Both the position numbers and the translations under genes were made by a program. The notes below the pieces were generated by a model. It was not told the DNA's origin, did not search any database, and saw nothing but the letters and a program-made list of their open reading frames with translations. A DNA stretch of 64,000 bases, from NCBI GenBank assembly GCA_964595645.1, contig CAZQQT010000001.1:32001-96000 (forward strand), read 5' to 3'. This document shows, piece by piece, positions 17,405-26,741 of the stretch. The first letter of the stretch is position 1; each line of letters begins with the position of its first letter. Origin of the DNA: an uncultured Thermococci archaeon. Its GTDB lineage: Archaea > Methanobacteriota_B > Thermococci > Methanofastidiosales > B48-G16.

Positions 17405-18505
17405 TCACCTCTGCAGATGCTCCAAAAACTTTTGTGTTTTCGGTTTTAATTCTCTTTCTCCAAGAACTCCGGATCGTTCGAACTCCTCTATTTTTCTTTT
17501 GAGTTCCTCTTCACTCAATTTAAAATACCCCAATGTTTTTTCTAGGTCTCCAGTAACTCTATAGTAGGCAATACCCCCTACAATAAGACTTTTTTCGTAT
17601 TTTCCCAGTTTTTGCAGCTCTTCTTCTAGTTTCTCTTTCAATTTAATTATTTTTTCATACTTACCAAGTTTTTCCTCCGGTGTCTTCTTCGCAAGTGTGG
17701 GGAATATTCCTGCATACCTTTCTCTCTCGTATTTTCCTTTTTTTAGGTAAAACATTGCAAGATCGAAGAGAAAAGCATCCACACCGAGGGGAGCATACGA
17801 GATCGAAAGAATTTTTCTCGTGTATCTATTTTTTATCAGTCCTCCTCTTTCACGGTGGAGTTTGAAGTTTTCTATTTCTCGTTTGTTTTTTATTTTATTT
17901 CTGTACTCCTCCAATGAGACGTGTCTCTTCTTCCTCCTTGACTTCCGCTTCATGTAGAGGCTAACCGAGCTTACTTTCCCTTTTTCTTTATCAGCAATTT
18001 TCGTGATTTTTCTATAATTTTTCCTCTGTTCCGGACTAAAATTACTTAATTTTACCATATAATCGCCGGAAAACGGGATATAGCCAAGTATTTCCAGTCT
18101 GTATACTCCTTCCTCGTTTTCGCAGAACGTGAGATCCCGGTGGAGATGATTCAATGCTTCTCTTCCTTTATACGTTTTGTCATTTTTTAACATTACAGCG
18201 TCCGAAAGATGCCCCAATGCGATTTTATGAGCGGAGATAGCATAAGAATTTCTTTCATAGGTCGATTTTTTAAGCTGTGCCTTTTTCCTGAAGGAGGAAG
18301 AAGCCCCTTTCAGGCCCTTCAGGGGATAGTACGGGTGTGGAAACCCATAGAATTTCATTTTCTCTCTGAAATCTTTTAACCCCAACAAATTCTCTGAAAG
18401 CTCGTCATATGTTTTTTTAAAGTATTCTTTATCGTGTAGTCTATCCAGATCGAATTTATACTCAAGAGAATCTAAAAATTTGTTCACATCGTAGGATAGA
18501 CTCAT
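17405..18505 (-). CDS. DUF530 family archaeal protein
   Basis: NKFLD, GFPHPY, AISAHKIALGHL, YRLEILGYIPFSGDY, YYLK-like FYLKK..ERERY. Confidence 0.75.
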   Translation of the reverse strand: MSLSYDVNKFLDSLEYKFDLDRLHDKEYFKKTYDELSENLLGLKDFREKMKFYGFPHPYYPLKGLKGASSSFRKKAQLKKSTYERNSYAISAHKIALGHLSDAVMLKNDKTYKGREALNHLHRDLTFCENEEGVYRLEILGYIPFSGDYMVKLSNFSPEQRKNYRKITKIADKEKGKVSSVSLYMKRKSRRKKRHVSLEEYRNKIKNKREIENFKLHRERGGLIKNRYTRKILSISYAPLGVDAFLFDLAMFYLKKGKYERERYAGIFPTLAKKTPEEKLGKYEKIIKLKEKLEEELQKLGKYEKSLIVGGIAYYRVTGDLEKTLGYFKLSEEELKRKIEEFERSGVLGERELKPKTQKFLEHLQR

Positions 18506-18506
18506 T

Positions 18507-19226
18507 TTATCCCTTTATCACCTGCACGATCTCCTTTAACTTCTCCAGATTTTTCTCTGCAATGGTGCCGGTGACCACGATATCTGCGATCTTCGATATT
18601 TCACCTGCTTTTTTCACATCTCTAATTCCGCCACCTACAATCACAGGGATGTCTACAGCCCCTTTCACGTACTGAATCATCTTTAATGGTACAGGCTCTG
18701 GTGCTCCCGAACCTGCTTCAAGGTACACAAACTTCATCCCCATATACTGTGCCGCCAGTGCGTAGCTCGCAGCAATCTTCGGTTTGTGCCGAGGGAGAAG
18801 ATCTGCTTCTCCGATAAACCCGGCAGTCTCTCCTGGTTCTACTATGAGATAACCCATGGGAAGTGGCTCGAGACCAGCACGTTTCACTTGAAAGGCTCCC
18901 AATGCCTGAGCCTTCGTGATGAAATAGGGATTTCTTGAGTTTAACAGCGACATGAAAAAGATTGCGTCTGCATACTTGCTTATTCCACCTATACCTCCCG
19001 GAAAGAGAATCGCAGGGAGTTCAATTGTCTCCTTGATAGTTTTTACAAGAGTATCGAGCTCAGCCCCCATGATCTGAGTTGAGCCGCCTATCATTATGGC
19101 GTCTGTGGGTACTTCTTTCAGTTTCCTCAGTGTATGTTTGTCCTTCACCATTGCTGAATCTGGGTCGATGAGAGTAAAATGCAGTGGATGTTCCTTCTTT
19201 TCCGTGAGATATTTTTCTACGTTCAT
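18507..19226 (-). CDS. Geranylgeranylglyceryl phosphate synthase
   Basis: HFTLIDPD, IMIGGS, LFPG, FMSLLNS, YLEAGSGA, VGGGIR. Confidence 0.96.
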   Translation of the reverse strand: MNVEKYLTEKKEHPLHFTLIDPDSAMVKDKHTLRKLKEVPTDAIMIGGSTQIMGAELDTLVKTIKETIELPAILFPGGIGGISKYADAIFFMSLLNSRNPYFITKAQALGAFQVKRAGLEPLPMGYLIVEPGETAGFIGEADLLPRHKPKIAASYALAAQYMGMKFVYLEAGSGAPEPVPLKMIQYVKGAVDIPVIVGGGIRDVKKAGEISKIADIVVTGTIAEKNLEKLKEIVQVIKG

Positions 19227-19280
19227 TTTCTACACCTAAAAATTTTTGCAATGGCCAGACATATAAATTTTTTGCAAAAT

Positions 19281-19937
19281 TCAGATCACATTATGTTCTA
19301 GTTTTCCCACATGCTCGATCGCCAGGGTCACATGATCTCCCCTATTCATCTTTCCCACACCTTCAGGTGTTCCCGTGGCGATCACGTCTCCAGGTTCGAG
19401 TGTCATGATCCGGGAGACATACTCGATGATTTCATCGATTGTAAATACCATATACCGCGTATTTGATTTCTGTCGTAGTTGATTGTTTCTCCATAGGTTG
19501 ATACTCAACCTGTGGGGGTCCGGTACCTCCTCCTTTTTCACAATATCGGAGATCGGTGCAAAAGTATCAAATCCCTTCGATACACTCCATGGGTGTCCTT
19601 TCTTTTTTGCTTTGTTCTGGAGATCTCGCGCAGTAATATCCAAAAAGGCAGCGTATCCAATGATGTGATCCCATGCTTCCTTCTTCGAGATATTTTTGCC
19701 ACCCTTGCCGATTACCACAGCCAGTTCCCCTTCGTAGTGTACTTCCTTGGATAGGTTGGGGATCACAATGTCTTCATAATTGTGTATTATAGCCGATGAG
19801 GGCTTTAAAAAGAGGATAGGCGTGCTTGGAAGTTCACTATTCATTTCTTCTGCGTGTTTTCTGTATGTACGTGCAAGACAGATTATTTTTGTCGGATATA
19901 CTTCTTCATCTGTATCCTTTATTCTTAGAGGTTTCAT
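19281..19937 (-). CDS. Fumarylacetoacetate hydrolase family protein
   Basis: KIICLARTYRKH, FLKP, HYEGEL, DITARD, KGFDTF, GDVIATGTPEGVG. Confidence 0.94.
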   Translation of the reverse strand: MKPLRIKDTDEEVYPTKIICLARTYRKHAEEMNSELPSTPILFLKPSSAIIHNYEDIVIPNLSKEVHYEGELAVVIGKGGKNISKKEAWDHIIGYAAFLDITARDLQNKAKKKGHPWSVSKGFDTFAPISDIVKKEEVPDPHRLSINLWRNNQLRQKSNTRYMVFTIDEIIEYVSRIMTLEPGDVIATGTPEGVGKMNRGDHVTLAIEHVGKLEHNVI

Positions 19938-19990
19938 GAGCGTGATGCTGTGAAAAGGTTTAAATAGCTTTTTCTGCATGATTTTTACTG

Positions 19991-22207
19991 ATGGAAGTAC
20001 AACTGAAAGTTGCAGGTGCACGGCAGGAAGATGTCGGGAGAGGGATTGTGAGGGTAGCCACGAAGTTCCAGAAAGAGATCGGTGTATCGCAGGGAGATAT
20101 CGTGGAAATTATTGGAAACAGAAAGACCGCTGCCATTGTGGTGGACGCGTACGCTGATGATGCCGGTCTTGATATCATACGTATGGATGGACTCATACGA
20201 AAAAATGCCAAGACCTCCATGGGGGAGTTCGTGACTATTAAAGAAGCTGACGCAAAATCAGCAAAAAAAGTTGCTCTCGCACCAGCACAGAAGGGCATGA
20301 GGATCATGATCTCCGGTAATGTTGTTTCCCGGAATTTGAAAGGGAGAGTTGTGAAAAAAGGGGACGTAATAAGCCTTGTATCTCAAAGAAAGGATCCCTT
20401 TGCAGAATCGATCTTCACCGATCTATTCGATGTGATCTCCGGTTCGCCCTTTGGTCTCGGCGAGATCCGATTTGTGGTAGTGAATACATCTCCCTCCGGT
20501 GTGGTGCAGATGACGAACGTTACCAAGGTAGAGGTGCTTCCCGAAGCCGTGGACATTGAGGAAACAGAGATGCCTACCATCACCTATGAGGACATTGGGG
20601 GATTGAAAAGGGAGATACAGAAGGTACGTGAGATGATCGAGCTCCCACTGAAACATCCGGAGCTTTTTGACCGACTCGGTATCGATTCTCCAAAAGGCGT
20701 ACTGCTCTATGGGCCACCAGGTACCGGAAAGACACTTATTGCCAAGGCGGTGGCGAGCGAGAGCAATGCTCATTTCATTTCTATCAACGGTCCTGAGGTC
20801 ATGTCAAAATTTTACGGACAGAGTGAAAAGAATCTACGGAAAATTTTCAAAGAAGCAGAAAAAAATGCTCCCTCTATTATATTCATCGATGAACTGGATG
20901 CGATAGCTCCTGAGAGGGGGGAGGTTTCGGGCGAAGTTGAGCGACGTGTTGTCGCGCAGCTCCTCGCGTTAATGGATGGATTGAAGGCACGGGGGAAAGT
21001 GATTGTTATTGCAGCTACAAACAGACCTGAGGGGCTCGAACCTGCTTTACGCCGACCTGGACGGTTTGATAGAGAGATTGAGATAGGTGTTCCTACCCGG
21101 GAAGGACGGAAGGAAATACTCCAGATCCACACACGGGGAATGCCGCTCGAGGGCGTGGACCTCATCTCCCTGGCAAATATTACCTATGGGTTTGTTGGGG
21201 CGGATCTCGAGGCTCTCTGCAAAGAAGCGGCCATGAATTCTTTGAGAGGCATCCTTCCAGATATAAATCTTGAAGAGGAAAGAATACCTCCAGATGTACT
21301 TAAAAACATAAAAGTAGTAAAAAAAGACTTTAAAGATGCACTAAAGATCGTTGAACCCTCTGCAATGCGAGAAGTCTTTGTACGAACACCCATGGTTAAA
21401 TGGAGTGATATTGGCGGATTGAGGGAGGCAAAGGAGAAACTGCGAGAAAGTGTGGAATGGCCACTGAAATATCCGGAACGGTTTAAACGACTGGGAATAC
21501 GGCCTCCTAAAGGTATATTTTTATACGGCCCTCCTGGCTGTGGAAAGACACTCCTGGCAAAGGCAGTGGCCAGTGAGAGTGATGCAAACTTTATCCCGGT
21601 GAAAGGACCCGAAGTGCTCTCCAAATGGGTGGGAGAAAGTGAAAAGGCCATACGAAAGATATTCAGAAAGGCTAGGCAGGTATCCCCGAGTATTATCTTC
21701 TTCGATGAGCTGGATTCTATTGCATCTCCCAGAGGAGAGGAGATAGGGAGTAAAGTTGGTGAACGTGTGGTGGATCAGCTCCTCACCGAGATGGATGGTC
21801 TGGAGGAGTTGAGCAGTGTTGTGGTTATCGGTGCTACAAATAGACCCGATATCATCGATCCCGGGCTGTTAAGACCCGGACGGTTCGACAGTAAAATACT
21901 GGTCCCTGCTCCCGATAACGAGGAAAAACGTGAGATACTGGATGTACACACACGGGAAATGCCGCTCGATGATGATATCGATCTCGATTATCTCGTGGGC
22001 CATACAACCAATTTTTCGGGTGCAGATATCGAGGCACTGGTGAGGGAAGCGGCAATGATAGCCCTGCGAGAGAATGAAGATGCTGAAATGGTGAGCATGC
22101 ACCATTTCAAAAAGGCACTCAAGGAGATACATCCTTCTGTTCCTCGGGAGGCGCTCCGGAGTTACGAACTTCCCACCGTGGAAAAGAAAAGTAATATCTA
22201 CGGATAG
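19991..22207 (+). CDS. cdc48: Cdc48/VCP AAA+ ATPase
   Basis: N domain plus two AAA modules ([22 protein letters not shown]), C-terminal HbYX motif IYG. Confidence 0.98.
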   Translation: MEVQLKVAGARQEDVGRGIVRVATKFQKEIGVSQGDIVEIIGNRKTAAIVVDAYADDAGLDIIRMDGLIRKNAKTSMGEFVTIKEADAKSAKKVALAPAQKGMRIMISGNVVSRNLKGRVVKKGDVISLVSQRKDPFAESIFTDLFDVISGSPFGLGEIRFVVVNTSPSGVVQMTNVTKVEVLPEAVDIEETEMPTITYEDIGGLKREIQKVREMIELPLKHPELFDRLGIDSPKGVLLYGPPGTGKTLIAKAVASESNAHFISINGPEVMSKFYGQSEKNLRKIFKEAEKNAPSIIFIDELDAIAPERGEVSGEVERRVVAQLLALMDGLKARGKVIVIAATNRPEGLEPALRRPGRFDREIEIGVPTREGRKEILQIHTRGMPLEGVDLISLANITYGFVGADLEALCKEAAMNSLRGILPDINLEEERIPPDVLKNIKVVKKDFKDALKIVEPSAMREVFVRTPMVKWSDIGGLREAKEKLRESVEWPLKYPERFKRLGIRPPKGIFLYGPPGCGKTLLAKAVASESDANFIPVKGPEVLSKWVGESEKAIRKIFRKARQVSPSIIFFDELDSIASPRGEEIGSKVGERVVDQLLTEMDGLEELSSVVVIGATNRPDIIDPGLLRPGRFDSKILVPAPDNEEKREILDVHTREMPLDDDIDLDYLVGHTTNFSGADIEALVREAAMIALRENEDAEMVSMHHFKKALKEIHPSVPREALRSYELPTVEKKSNIYG

Positions 22208-22263
22208 CCATGCCAAACTTTATAAATGCGTTCATGGGATGTAGTGATACTTGAGGCGATGCA

Positions 22264-22458
22264 ATGGGAAAAATACGACCGACGTTCATTAAAAGACCAG
22301 CGAAAGAAATATACGATCTATATTCAGACAATCTGACATCGGATTTTTATAAAAACAGAGAATATTTGAAGGATAAAGTGGATTTTCCAAACGATAGGAT
22401 AGAGAACAGGGTAGTTGGATACATTACCACCCTTGTAAAAAAGGGAAATGCAGGTTAA
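22264..22458 (+). CDS. rps17e: 30S ribosomal protein S17e
   Basis: MGKIRPTFIKR..DF..N..NRVVGYIT. Confidence 0.94.
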   Translation: MGKIRPTFIKRPAKEIYDLYSDNLTSDFYKNREYLKDKVDFPNDRIENRVVGYITTLVKKGNAG

Positions 22459-23471
22459 CGCTCTTCTAAGAATCCTGATTTTTTCAGTAATGTTGTGATA
22501 TCATCTTCTGAAGGGTGGGATATTTTGTATCGTTCCATGAGTGCATCCCGCTGTTTGTCCATTTCCTGTGCTTTGAGCTTGAGCAGTCGTCTGTAGTGTT
22601 TTTCTTCTTCGTCTTCTATCCCTTCCAACATCCCATGTATCATCTTGTCTCTTTTTTCGAGTTTGTAGAAAAGTAATCTATCGTATGCCTCCTCGTAGTA
22701 TCTATCCTTTATCTCGAACATTCCGCTGATGTACGATTTTAGGGCCTTTTTATAGTATATAAAAACATTATAAAATATTTTCTCTGAAAAAGAGCTAATT
22801 TTTTCTCTTTGCATAGATCTTTCTATCAGCGTCTTGTAGATGAGTACCTTTTCCCTGTTTTCCTGTAGCAATTTTTTCGAAGTTAATCGTTTCTTTCTTT
22901 TTTCTAGAAACTTTAGACCTTCCTCAAGATAGGTTTTATACTCCATTTTAAATACATTTGAGGTCTGTCTTCCCACCAGGTAATCCACTATCACAAATTT
23001 TAAGTCCCCATCCTTGATTATTTTGTTCACAAAATCGTAACAGACAGCTATCCATAGGTTGTACTCTTCACCTTCCCCGAAAAGGATCTCCTCCAGCGAG
23101 ATGTTCAGCGATCCGACTACGTACTTCTTACTGCTTTTGTAGAATCCTATAAAGTATTTGTCAGTAGTAAAGGCTACTGGTGTTCCTTCCATGAGTTTTT
23201 TCAGTATCTTTTCCTCTCTGTGTTCCAATTTTTTTAGATTTTTAAAATACACAAGATTTTCTTTGTTAAACTTGTCCTCCATCTGTGCTCTAAATACATT
23301 GCTGAAGTATTCGACTGTCTCCATGAGGTACTTGCTGAGATACTCCTCCCCCCACACATCCGTCCCTTTTTTGTAAAACCGGACTTCTGCATCCATGTCT
23401 TCCAGAAACTTTATGATCGTTCGTGTCATATTCGCGATTTGGTCTTCCTCTATAACCATCTCATTCAACAT
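22455..23471 (-). CDS. Hypothetical Lys/Glu-rich protein
   Basis: 338-aa ORF directly downstream of minD, no recognised motif. Confidence 0.7.
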   Translation of the reverse strand: MLNEMVIEEDQIANMTRTIIKFLEDMDAEVRFYKKGTDVWGEEYLSKYLMETVEYFSNVFRAQMEDKFNKENLVYFKNLKKLEHREEKILKKLMEGTPVAFTTDKYFIGFYKSSKKYVVGSLNISLEEILFGEGEEYNLWIAVCYDFVNKIIKDGDLKFVIVDYLVGRQTSNVFKMEYKTYLEEGLKFLEKRKKRLTSKKLLQENREKVLIYKTLIERSMQREKISSFSEKIFYNVFIYYKKALKSYISGMFEIKDRYYEEAYDRLLFYKLEKRDKMIHGMLEGIEDEEEKHYRRLLKLKAQEMDKQRDALMERYKISHPSEDDITTLLKKSGFLEER

Positions 23472-23475
23472 ATAT

Positions 23476-24231
23476 TCACCCTAAAATTTTCCGAAGTCTC
23501 TCGTATGGTGTAGTAGATTCTTCTATTCTCTTTCCAAGGAGCGTTTTCCCCAGTTTGCACATGGCCTTTGACGCGGCAGAGTTTGGAGTTCTTGTACAGA
23601 AGAGTTTCCCAAAGGCCACAGATCGCTGTACTTCAGGGTCCTCGGGGATCACACCTAAACATCTACTTTCCATCACCGTTTCTATTTCGTTAATCGAGAG
23701 TTCACTGACCTCGTATTTTACCCTGTTCACCACAAGACCAAGAAGTGTAGTATTTAGTAGATCACAGACCTTTTTTATTTTAAAGGCGTCTGTAATACTG
23801 GCTACCTCGGGGGTAATGATTAGAAGTGTAGATTCGGCACCAGCTAGTGCCGATATCGCGTCTGCTTCGAGTCCTGGAGACGTATCGATGAGGAGGTAAT
23901 CGATATTTTGTGTGAGTGTAGCAAACACCTCTTCTAACCTATCAGCTCTGGCCTTTCTCACCTGTGAGAGGGACATTCCAGCGGGTACGATCTTCACCCC
24001 ATACTTCTCATACACTGCATCCTCTATTGTGGCTTCTCCCGCGAGTACCTCACTCAATGTTACTTCAGGATACTCGAGATCTAATAAGAGAGATAAATTC
24101 GCCATTTTTAAATCTGCATCCAAAATAAGCACATTCTTACCGGCTTCAGAGAGTACGACACTCAAATTCGATGTGAGGACACTTTTTCCTGTGCCGCCTT
24201 TCCCCGATGTAATGGCAATTGAGTGACCCAT
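23476..24231 (-). CDS. minD: Archaeal MinD/ParA family ATPase
   Basis: SGKGGTGKS, DADL.MANL, IDTSPG, VVNR, IPEDPEV. Confidence 0.92.
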   Translation of the reverse strand: MGHSIAITSGKGGTGKSVLTSNLSVVLSEAGKNVLILDADLKMANLSLLLDLEYPEVTLSEVLAGEATIEDAVYEKYGVKIVPAGMSLSQVRKARADRLEEVFATLTQNIDYLLIDTSPGLEADAISALAGAESTLLIITPEVASITDAFKIKKVCDLLNTTLLGLVVNRVKYEVSELSINEIETVMESRCLGVIPEDPEVQRSVAFGKLFCTRTPNSAASKAMCKLGKTLLGKRIEESTTPYERLRKILG

Positions 24232-24311
24232 AAATACGTTCGCTTCCCATATATAAAAAAACTTTTCGTAAGATTTGAGGGTGACATCGTATAATAGAGA
24301 GAGATCGACTT

Positions 24312-24977
24312 TTATAACCGAAGATCATCGGCATGCTTTCCGACAACGATCTCTCTTCCTACACCCCCTTCAACGTACTTTTCTGGGTATCGGGAAAAAA
24401 TCTCGGAAGAGTATCGTGTACAGTGAGCAGGACAGATCATTTCTAGGGGTTCGAGTGCCTCAAACGCTCTAAATCTGTGCAATCCCCCAATAAGACCGTA
24501 CAATTCTCCAAATTCGGATGCTGCCGTGAGAATATCTCCCACACCAGAATGAGAACATCCAACGAAGACGACAACGCCTCTTTCTGTGTTCACCGCGAGC
24601 GACTGCTCGACATTTTTGAGTTCGCCTGTGGAGAAGATGCCTTCATGAAGTTTGAGTGGGGTATCTACGGTAACAATTTCTCGTGCATTTGCATCTGTAG
24701 AGAATGAAGAGGGGATATATACGGTAACGTCCCTATGGATGGTGAGGAAGTCCCTCAGCCCGCCTGTGTGGTCTCCATGAGCATGAGAAATGACGATATC
24801 GTCAATGGAAAAAGGGTCAAGACCGAGCTCTCTCATATTATTGAGGAGTATCATGCCGTTAGCGCCCGTATCAAAGAGAATATTTACTCCTTCTGTCTCT
24901 AATACACACGCAAACCCCCAGTCCGCTTTCAATCCTTCTTTATAGAGCTCGTTATCGTATACGATAGTGGCTTTCAT
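24312..24977 (-). CDS. MBL-fold metallohydrolase (COG1237-like)
   Basis: LFDTG, SHAHGDHTGG, GCSHSG, GGLH, PAHCT. Confidence 0.9.
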   Translation of the reverse strand: MKATIVYDNELYKEGLKADWGFACVLETEGVNILFDTGANGMILLNNMRELGLDPFSIDDIVISHAHGDHTGGLRDFLTIHRDVTVYIPSSFSTDANAREIVTVDTPLKLHEGIFSTGELKNVEQSLAVNTERGVVVFVGCSHSGVGDILTAASEFGELYGLIGGLHRFRAFEALEPLEMICPAHCTRYSSEIFSRYPEKYVEGGVGREIVVGKHADDLRL

Positions 24978-25026
24978 CTACTCTACTTCTTTTCACAATC
25001 TATATAAATTTTCCGGCAGAAAAGAA

Positions 25027-25491
25027 TCACCGTTTACTTCCTTCCGATCGTGTACTCCCCTTATACTTCCCCGTATATTCTTCTTCTGTAGCAGAAGAAA
25101 GAGCTACAAATGATATCTGTGCAAGTCGTTCTCCTTTCTCGATCTCTACAGGATGTTCACTTGCATTGAATACAGAAAGCGAGAGCACACCGATCCAGCC
25201 AGGATCAACCCATCCGAAACTCCCTATTAATCCTTCCCGACAGAACGAAGACCGGAGTTTAAGGTCTCCCATCAGGTTTTTCATTCCTACACGCTCAAGT
25301 GTGGACAGAATCGCATGTGTTTTTGGTGGAATTTCGAGTTTCTCCCCCCTCCACGTGTCCTCGTTGAGGATACACTCCCCGCTAAATCGCAGATCGTACC
25401 CTGCCGGCTGAAGACTTTCCTTATTAAAAGGATCAATTGTGATTTTCTTCTTTTTCAGGTGTGTAAGGATGTCTCTGTCCGAGAGTATCAT
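25027..25491 (-). CDS. dcd: dCTP deaminase/dUTPase family, short form
   Basis: MILSD, LQPAGYDL, RSS..REG, VDPGW.G, YTGKY. The similar-sized Pyrococcus protein is a dUTPase. Confidence 0.85.
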   Translation of the reverse strand: MILSDRDILTHLKKKKITIDPFNKESLQPAGYDLRFSGECILNEDTWRGEKLEIPPKTHAILSTLERVGMKNLMGDLKLRSSFCREGLIGSFGWVDPGWIGVLSLSVFNASEHPVEIEKGERLAQISFVALSSATEEEYTGKYKGSTRSEGSKR

Positions 25492-25722
25492 CTATAACCG
25501 TTCCATCGGTGTAAAATCACGCACGTTATTTTTTCGTACAACAACAGTCCCCAATTTTTTTGTCATTGTTTCGCTTACCATCTCAGCATTGCCAAGCGAG
25601 AGGTTAAGGTCTGTGTCATATCCGAGAAGTTCTCCCCGCAGACATCTCCCGTCCTTCAATGTGATCTCGACTTTCTTATTGAGGCTTTGGTGCACGATAT
25701 CCAGTGGTCTACTTACGTCCAT
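25492..25722 (-). CDS. Sm/Lsm family protein (divergent)
   Basis: RPLD, LKDGR..RG.L.GYD..LN, LGTVVVR.NN. Start uncertain. Confidence 0.85.
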   Translation of the reverse strand: MDVSRPLDIVHQSLNKKVEITLKDGRCLRGELLGYDTDLNLSLGNAEMVSETMTKKLGTVVVRKNNVRDFTPMERL

Positions 25723-25793
25723 GCAACGAGTTTGCATCTCCATATAAAAGTCTTTTGCAGACACCTTTTTATTTCCCTAAAAATAGTACCGGC

Positions 25794-26642
25794 ATGAAAA
25801 ATGATCTTCTACTCCTCCTCGTGAGTTTTTTCTGGGGAATCACATTTGTTACGGTAAAGGAGGCCATTCAGTTCATGCCGCCCTTCAGTTTTCTTTCTTG
25901 GAGGTTTTCTCTCGCTTTTCTACTCCTTTTCCTTGTATCAATAAAAAGGGTGAGAAGGATCGATATCGAGATAGGAAAGTACGGAATATTTATTGGACTC
26001 TTTCTGTTCATGGGATACGGATTTCAAACGGTGGGTCTTCAGTACACTACCCCGGCAAATGCAGGGTTCATCACGGGACTTTCGGTGGTGATTGTGCCTG
26101 TGCTCTCCGCAGTTATCCTGAAAACTACTCCTTCGAAAAACACTGTTTTCGGCGCGATACTGGCATGCATTGGGCTGGCGCTCTTATCTTTCCAGCGATT
26201 TGCGATGAGTTATGGGGATCTTCTGGTATTGGTTTCTGCCTTCTGTTTTGCTATGCATATCATTTTAGTTGGAAAATACTCTCCCCGAACGGATACGTTC
26301 CTGATTACCACTATTCAGATAGGAGCTGTGGCTCTTTTTTCTACTCTTTTTAGTTTTACAGAACCTTCCTTTGAGTTCAACCTTACGATTGTTGAAGCAT
26401 TGATAATCACTGCATTTTTTGCAACATTTTTGGCGTTTTTAATCCAGAATTCAGCACAGAAATATGTATCTCCAACGCATACGGGATTGATATTTGCCAT
26501 GGAGCCGGTATTCGCTGCCGTGTGTTCTTATCTCCTTATCGGTGAAGTTTTCACCCTGCGGAAGATTGTGGGCTGTGTATGCATCCTTCTGGGGATGGTA
26601 CTGGCCGAGCTGAGGAGTGGAAGGAAAAAGGGCAAACAGTAG
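25794..26642 (+). CDS. DMT/EamA family transporter
   Basis: FWGITF, QTVGLQYTT, YGDLLVL, MEPVFA, about 10 TM segments. Confidence 0.93.
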   Translation: MKNDLLLLLVSFFWGITFVTVKEAIQFMPPFSFLSWRFSLAFLLLFLVSIKRVRRIDIEIGKYGIFIGLFLFMGYGFQTVGLQYTTPANAGFITGLSVVIVPVLSAVILKTTPSKNTVFGAILACIGLALLSFQRFAMSYGDLLVLVSAFCFAMHIILVGKYSPRTDTFLITTIQIGAVALFSTLFSFTEPSFEFNLTIVEALIITAFFATFLAFLIQNSAQKYVSPTHTGLIFAMEPVFAAVCSYLLIGEVFTLRKIVGCVCILLGMVLAELRSGRKKGKQ

Positions 26643-26741
26643 GTATACCCATATTAATAGTTCCTTTTCGGCAGAAGTGTTTAATTATTCTTCTTCTGTC
26701 TATTAGAAAAATTTAAATATGATTACTAACTATAATAGTAT

